In this document: positions 58,438 through 64,000 of the stretch, piece after piece
How positions within the stretch are numbered: position 1 is the first letter of the stretch
Layout of the letters: each line of letters begins with the position of its first letter
Virus record (IMG/VR): IMGVR_UViG_3300008267_000040
Coordinates: 39,629-103,628 of that record
Source: a virus
DNA: 64,000 bases
Reading direction: 5' to 3' (one strand)
Notes under the pieces: generated by a model
Told to the model about the DNA's origin: nothing
The model's database searches: none
The model's input: only the letters and a program-made list of their open reading frames with translations
Position numbers and translations under genes: made by a program

Positions 58438-58694
58438 TCACCTCGTTGAATCAGAATCTTTTTGATTTCGTTAAAAATAAACTTCTTAAGTTTTGCATCA
58501 TCAGTTGCTACATAAGCACTATGTAAACGATGCAGGTACTCCTCTTGAGTGCTGAGTTTGACTACCTTTACATTAGTCACACCAAGGTCACGCATCGGAG
58601 AACCTGCTTTTACTTTAGCACGTCCGAAGTTTCCAGATACAACACCTTGAGTGCGGAGTTTGGGTTTGATTTTGGAGAGATTTGAGTCCGTCAT
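58431..58694 (-). CDS. Conserved cyanophage hypothetical protein
   Basis: SNLSKIKPKLRTQGVVSGNFGRAKVKAGS. Confidence 0.7.
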   Translation of the reverse strand: MTDSNLSKIKPKLRTQGVVSGNFGRAKVKAGSPMRDLGVTNVKVVKLSTQEEYLHRLHSAYVATDDAKLKKFIFNEIKKILIQRGEW

Positions 58695-58716
58695 TACCCT
58701 TTTTGAGGATGCTCTT

Positions 58717-58774
58717 ATTATAGGGCAAAACCGACCCCGTGGGAGGGGTGCTGTGCCAGTTCCATAAGTGTCAG
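58717..58774 (-). promoter_or_regulatory. Early promoter palindrome + TATAAT
   Basis: GTGCCAGTTCCATAAGTGTCAG at 58753-74; 30-bp gap. Confidence 0.75.
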
Positions 58775-59382
58775 TCGGTGGTCAAATGACGGTACTGTAA
58801 TTTATCCATATAATGATAAATTGTATTATCATTATAAAACTCATAGAACCTTTGTGGGTTCCTTTCTCTCATCTTTGTCAACATATTCACCCATTGATAA
58901 TCACAATCAATTTCATATCCAATGTGTCTCTCATTCATTTTTATTTCTCTCGTCTAGATAATCAAATAATGGTGAATACAGAACAAAAAAGAACCAAGCA
59001 AAAGAAGCAGAGATGATTAGAAGGTAAATCATCACCAAGGACCAACGTTTTTATAATACTCTGGATTTTCTGCTTTCATCATCTTCAGCAGGACACGATT
59101 TAGAAAAGGATAATGTGGTTCCCAAACTGAGAGTGAACCTGCATCTGCACAAGACCGAATTGCCTTATATGCGGAATCATATTCTTCTTGAGTCAGTTCA
59201 ATGCTAATCATCGTTTCAACAAAGCAAGTTGACGTTCAAACTCAAACTTCATTGGAAGAAGATGAGATACAAAAAAATGCTCGTATTCATTTCCTTCAAC
59301 AATCTTTGATAGATTGTTAATCTGAATAAGAGCAAGATTGAACTTAATTTGTTTATCCATTAGTGAGTTGTTTCATACCCCT

Positions 59383-59440
59383 ATTATAGGGCATCCAAGT
59401 CCCCACCGTGCCTATCAGTGGACAGTTCAAATGCTGGTTC
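59383..59440 (-). promoter_or_regulatory. Early promoter (degenerate palindrome) + TATAAT
   Basis: TGGACAGTTCAAATGCTGGTTC at 59419-40; 30-bp gap. Confidence 0.55.
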
Positions 59441-59748
59441 AACATACCCAATCTTTACATCTGCAAAGAAATTGTTTAGGATTTCATCGCAGAGTTGGTA
59501 TTTCCTACTACTCAATGAAACAGAGTTCATCTGATATTGACGCACTGCATCATAGATTACTTTTTTGTGTTCTTTAGAGAGTTCATTCATCGCACTTGCT
59601 CTTTTCGTTGTGTATAAGTCAAATCAAACAAAGTAGTCAGAATATCAACACAATCATTATATAATTGTATGTCTTGAATGTTATTATGTTGATATTTGCG
59701 AACAGCAGCAACAACTATTTCCAATTGTTCTTTACTGAGATTGTTCAT
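59384..59748 (-). other. Tandem pair of paralogous small genes (59384-59590, 59587-59748)
   Basis: MNELSKEHKKVIYDAVRQYQ...CDEIL vs MNNLSKEQLEIVVAAVRKYQ...CVDIL. Confidence 0.7.
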
Positions 59749-59879
59749 TTTTCAGTTTATCAAGATGGTCGGTAATTGCTTTAGTAAAATCTTCTTCAGT
59801 CCAATCATTTAAGATACTTTCAGTTGGGTCATTCTCATCCCAACTGATTGTAAATGTTCCATCATCTTCTTCTTTACAT

Positions 59880-61136
59880 TCAATCATTTTCTGTCTCCCA
59901 AGGTGCTTTACGATTCATAATCTCTCTAAATCTTTCTACTGCTTTTGGGTCTGGTGGTTTATTGATTGCTTCTACAAGAGCATCATATGCTTCTTTGCTT
60001 ACATACATCTTTTGTGGTTTCATACCAAGATGCTTGAGACACTTTCGTTCGTATCTCCACTCTTTATACCTATACCACAATGACCATAGAAAATTCATCT
60101 TTTAAGTACCTCAGAATAATATGGGTCTCTTCCTGATAGATTATATGGGTCAAAACCTGGTTGAGACATTATATATTCATCTGTCATTTGCATAAATCCA
60201 CTTGATAGTTCTTCAAAAAACATAAGTCTATCAATATTATCATCCAAATTCAAACGAGCGTCAATACAATTCTTCCAAGACCAATAGATATCATCAATCC
60301 ACTGTTTCATCTGAGTAATTAACATAGAGATTGTCACCACCAATGTTTAGATGAAAAATTTGCCCGTTGTTGAGATAGATTCCCAACCATACCGCACGAC
60401 CTTCTTCCATTGTTTCATAATGGACCATCTTCACATCTTCCAGAACAATCTCATCTGGATTCTTTACAAAACGACTCATCGCATTACCTCTGTTGCACTT
60501 GCATCACCGTAGTTCAGATAACCAAAACGTTCCATAACATAACCCTCAAAGTCAGTAGCATCAGATTCGGCAACATAATGCCCACCATTGTTATCACTCT
60601 CAGTATAGTTTCCAAGATAGTCATTGAAAACCATAAAGATTGCTGCTGCCTTTGCCCTTTCAGCATCGGTAGTAATCACGAGAGGATAAGTAATAATCTT
60701 TGTGATACACTCAAACAGTTCTTCACGAGTGTAAGAAAATGCTTTTGCTTCTGGATTAAGGTCGTAAGTCATCAGGATACAAGAACGAGGATTAGAACAA
60801 TAACAAAACCCCAAGGAATATTCAAACTAATGACTTCTCCCTTGTCGTTTCTGTCGGCATATGGAACAAAAAACTTGATAATATCAAGTGTGTTCATCAA
60901 CCAACTCCATATGCTTCAAGAATCCCACGAGCAAGAGCAATTGCCAAATCCTTCTGTGCGATACTCATATCTTCACGAGCACCACCAGAACAAGAAGTAA
61001 TGAAAATACCAGCATTATCTACCGTGAGTTCTACTCGTTCAGTTTCATTCTCATCAGCAGGATTAGTCCAAGTAAAGACATCAATCTTACTGCGGAGCAC
61101 ATCAGTTCCAGGCAGTAAAGTGTAGAAGTTAGACAT
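59880..61136 (-). other. Five small hypothetical early genes
   Basis: ORFs 59880-60098, 60095-60343, 60294-60479, 60476-60814 and 60897-61136. Confidence 0.6.
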
Positions 61137-61159
61137 TAGAGTTCTGTGTGTATGAGTGT

Positions 61160-61217
61160 ATTATAAGGCATCAAGGTCGGTTCTGGTGTGTCCTTGTGAC
61201 GGTTGTTCAGGTGTCAC
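61160..61217 (-). promoter_or_regulatory. Early promoter (variant palindrome) + TATAAT
   Basis: GTGACGGTTGTTCAGGTGTCAC at 61196-217; 30-bp gap. Confidence 0.7.
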
Positions 61218-61517
61218 AAGACTTCTCAACACCTTACGAAGAAACTGAATAGAACCATAAAACTCTTGACCATCTTGCCCACCAATCACAATCCAATCAA
61301 CCTCTTCTAATGCAAGTCGGATTTTCTCATTTGTGGTGAGTTCCTCAAATGATTTCTTTGCAAGTTCCTCTCTTTCTTTCCATTCAATAGCAGCAAGTTG
61401 TTGTAGAGCATCACCATTTTCATCCATCAGTTTTTCTACTGCTTCCCATGCTTTGTTTTCTGCTTCTCTTTGAGCAGCAATCTCAAGCATTTCTTCGTGT
61501 GTAGGATGGTCAGTCAT
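61161..61517 (-). CDS. Hypothetical protein
   Basis: MTDHPTHEEMLEIAA...; stop lies in the downstream -10 box. Confidence 0.6.
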   Translation of the reverse strand: MTDHPTHEEMLEIAAQREAENKAWEAVEKLMDENGDALQQLAAIEWKEREELAKKSFEELTTNEKIRLALEEVDWIVIGGQDGQEFYGSIQFLRKVLRSLVTPEQPSQGHTRTDLDAL

Positions 61518-61776
61518 TTTGTTCTGCCTCGTATGATTGTTGAAATTCAAGTTGTCGTTCAAGTGCTTCAATACGATTTGTAAGGTCAGTCAATACAGAA
61601 ATCAGAGAACGATAATCAATCGTTTCAGTATCATTTCCATACTCCATATCTGTGTAATTGGAATAAAGGAGTTGGTTTGCCATATCGTTGCTATTCATTA
61701 TAAAATACGAATCCAGTTGCTGTCTGTTCATCGTAGTAATAATACTCTTGAAAGACTCCATTTGTAAAGTCTTCAA
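61510..61776 (-). CDS. Hypothetical protein
   Basis: True start probably MNSNDM; ETIDYRSLISVLTDLTNRIEALE. Confidence 0.5.
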   Translation of the reverse strand: MKTLQMESFKSIITTMNRQQLDSYFIMNSNDMANQLLYSNYTDMEYGNDTETIDYRSLISVLTDLTNRIEALERQLEFQQSYEAEQND

Positions 61777-61954
61777 GTGTTTCTAATTCATCACTACCTG
61801 TTGAGTGATAGCAGTCTTCTACAAAGTTTTCAAATGACCCAACAGGACCACAGAACCTATCGGGAAACTTTTCTATGCTTTTATCAGGGAACAGTTCATA
61901 GTATGTGTCTAATACTTCCTGCCCGTATTCTTCTAGGATTTCTTCAAGAGTCAT
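61691..61954 (-). CDS. Second ArdA-like acidic protein
   Basis: EEYGQEVLDTYYELF...FPDRFCGPVGSFENFVEDCY...TGFVF aligns by eye with 45881..46276. Confidence 0.5.
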   Translation of the reverse strand: MTLEEILEEYGQEVLDTYYELFPDKSIEKFPDRFCGPVGSFENFVEDCYHSTGSDELETLEDFTNGVFQEYYYYDEQTATGFVFYNE

Positions 61955-62390
61955 ACATTCCACTCTCTTGCTTCCCAATCCATCAGACACATATTAGTTT
62001 GTTGCTTGTCTGTGTAGTTATCATAAGCATATTGTCGGCACTCTTCTTCTGTGCCCTCAAATAGCATTTCATAAAGTTTATGGTCTCCATCATAGGTAAA
62101 CTTATAAAGTCCCCACTCATCATAGCAGTCAGGAAAGAAAGGCATTAGAGTTCCTCCACCTCCAATTCAACAGCAAGGTTCAGTATAGCATCCTTTACCC
62201 AGTTCTGTCCTTTGATGAAATAATGTTTTTCCATACTCAACTCTCGCTCAGGGTCTGGTTCAATATTGAGACCTTCTACTGCTTCACGAAGAGCAGCAGC
62301 AACGGCAGAATTATCATAATAATATGGACCTGGACCCAACTTACTATAATACTCATTCATTACTTGTTGTGCTCTGGTTTTTCTACTCAT
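61951..62390 (-). other. Two small hypothetical genes
   Basis: ORFs 61951-62145 and 62145-62390. Confidence 0.6.
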
Positions 62391-63238
62391 CGTAGTTTCT
62401 CCCTAATCATTCGGATACACTGATTCCATTTATAACTGTTAGTGTCGTGTTCTGTTGGCAACCACAAACTAATTTCATCTACCAAAGTCTCAATAGAAGT
62501 TTCCATATCCCAATCACTATGAGTTGTGAATACATCTTCCCACCAATCATAAATCAAATCAGTAAGATTTTGTGGTTTATTTTTTTCTCTCCATTCTTTG
62601 ATAAGGTCAAGAGAGTTCTTGAAGTTCTTATCATTATCTTCCTCATCAATCAGTTTTTGAGTTTCTTTCCAGTTTTCTGTTTGTTGTGCTTTTATAAATG
62701 CCTCCCTCATTCCTTTTTCGGTTTCTTCAGGTGTTTGTGGTTTCAACCAATCTAATGGGTCTGTATCTGGATGTTCTTCACACCACTTCACACTCTCCTT
62801 CACAACTCTTTCTACATCCTTATGAAGTCGTTCTCCCCGTTCTTGTGCGGTTTCTTGATACTCTCCTACCTTATAATCTTTCTGTGCGGACTTATATCCA
62901 TTCGCAAAGTGCATCCAAGTTGAACTTTTACGAATAGGGTCAGTATCTGGATAATAGGTATAAAGTCTCTTGAATGCTTCTTCTACTGGTGATTTTGTTT
63001 TTTCCAGTTCCTCCAAGAATGAGAGTTTGGATTGAAGCACTTTGATTTGTGCTTTTACTTCTTCAATTTCAGTCATAGGAGTTTCGTATTGTACGGGTTC
63101 GTCAGTCATTTTAACTTCCTTTACAGCATTATCTACAAGTTGTTGTGCTATTCTAGCACATTCTTCTTGTTCTTTCTTTCCAAGAGGTCCATAAACTTGT
63201 TCCATTAGTTGTTGAAAATCCTTTTCAATACCAAACAT
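62387..63238 (-). CDS. Hypothetical charged/coiled-coil protein
   Basis: 283-aa ORF with KLSFLEELEKTKSPVEEAF motif. Confidence 0.65.
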   Translation of the reverse strand: MFGIEKDFQQLMEQVYGPLGKKEQEECARIAQQLVDNAVKEVKMTDEPVQYETPMTEIEEVKAQIKVLQSKLSFLEELEKTKSPVEEAFKRLYTYYPDTDPIRKSSTWMHFANGYKSAQKDYKVGEYQETAQERGERLHKDVERVVKESVKWCEEHPDTDPLDWLKPQTPEETEKGMREAFIKAQQTENWKETQKLIDEEDNDKNFKNSLDLIKEWREKNKPQNLTDLIYDWWEDVFTTHSDWDMETSIETLVDEISLWLPTEHDTNSYKWNQCIRMIREKLR

Positions 63239-64000
63239 TACAGGTTCTCCAATTCATCACATACATCAAGTATAGCACGAGCATCAAGCAGGAAATCCTC
63301 ACCTTCAAGGCAGTTATAGTATTGGAGTTCAAATACTAACTCACGAAGAACATTAGCAACCGCATCATTATTGAGTTTTTGGATGATAAAATCCCGTCTT
63401 TCATTTGCGAAAGTAGAATAAAATTCATTCATAACTGCTTGTGCTACTTCTTTTTTGTCAGTCATAAGTTCTCCAATTCATCGTGCCAAGGGTAATAATA
63501 ATCTACCTCAATACATTCTAAAAGTGTGCGGGCAAACATAATCTCACCATAATCAGAACCATCTTCAAAAATATCCCAGTTATGGTGTGGATATTCATAA
63601 TCTGGATTTAGATTATAACAAGTTGGTTGTTCTGCGTAATTTTTGAGAACTTTGATGAGATGTGCGAATTTTTCGGTGTCAGTCATAATCAACCTCCTCA
63701 AATCCACCAATACCAATATCTACAAAGGTAGAACCATCAACATCCTCAAAGAGTTGGAAATCAAAATCACCTTCATAGAAGTGATATTTGTGTCCATCAG
63801 TAATCCTTACTTCTTGGTCAAGTGGAAACTCTTTGAGTTTTTCAATAAATTCAGCAACAGTCATAATCTTACTTCTTTGAGTTTGTTAATCAATTCAGGC
63901 AACCAAAATTTATCAATAGAGAGAATGTAATCACTTTCAGCATCATTAGGTTCTCCTAACCACACTTCAACAAAGTGCTCTTTACTAACAATATGAAATG
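63238..64000 (-). other. Four small hypothetical genes (last one 5'-truncated by the window edge)
   Basis: 63238-63465, 63462-63686, 63679-63864 and partial 63861-64000 (...EHFVEVWLGEPNDAESDY...). Confidence 0.6.

Noticed and set aside
42191-61217. TGGCAC as a sigma54 -24 element, or the palindrome as a CRP/NtcA site
   Set aside because: There is no TTGC -12 element at the right spacing and cyanobacteria lack sigma54. Half-site sequence, spacing and position do not fit TGTGA-N6-TCACA or GTA-N8-TAC.
5379-63930. Plus-strand ORFs (e.g. 43369-44313, 50140-51024, 60410-61000)
   Set aside because: They lie antisense to well-formed minus-strand genes and show no recognisable motifs or promoters.

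Overview
This window is part of a lytic T4-like cyanomyovirus genome (Kyanoviridae-like, probably infecting a freshwater cyanobacterium). Nearly all real genes are on the minus strand. (1) 1-36.4 kb is a late structural module: a >1300-aa repeat protein running off the left edge (missing from the ORF track), fibre proteins, a VrlC/DUF4815-type protein, and baseplate gp8, split gp7, gp6 and gp25. (2) 36.4-39.1 kb holds speD, an ATP-grasp-like gene, a basic peptide and a glycosyltransferase-like gene. (3) 39.1-40.4 kb is non-coding, with six perfect cyanobacterial DnaA boxes (TTTTCCACA), repeated palindromes, divergent promoters and an AT-rich tract. It is an oriC-like origin or DnaA-decoy candidate. 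(4) 40.4-64 kb is a hypervariable early region of small genes. Sixteen copies of a 22-bp palindrome (two of them in the non-coding block) each sit 29-31 bp upstream of a -10 box. This region carries a MutH/Sau3AI-like nuclease + Dam methyltransferase cassette, two ArdA-like proteins, an SF2 helicase, an HNH nuclease, a metallophosphoesterase, tRNA-Arg(TCT) and a CurT/CAAD-like protein. By manual scan, GATC occurs only once in the last ~23 kb but is common in the structural region. Family assignments come from recognising motifs, not from database searches.
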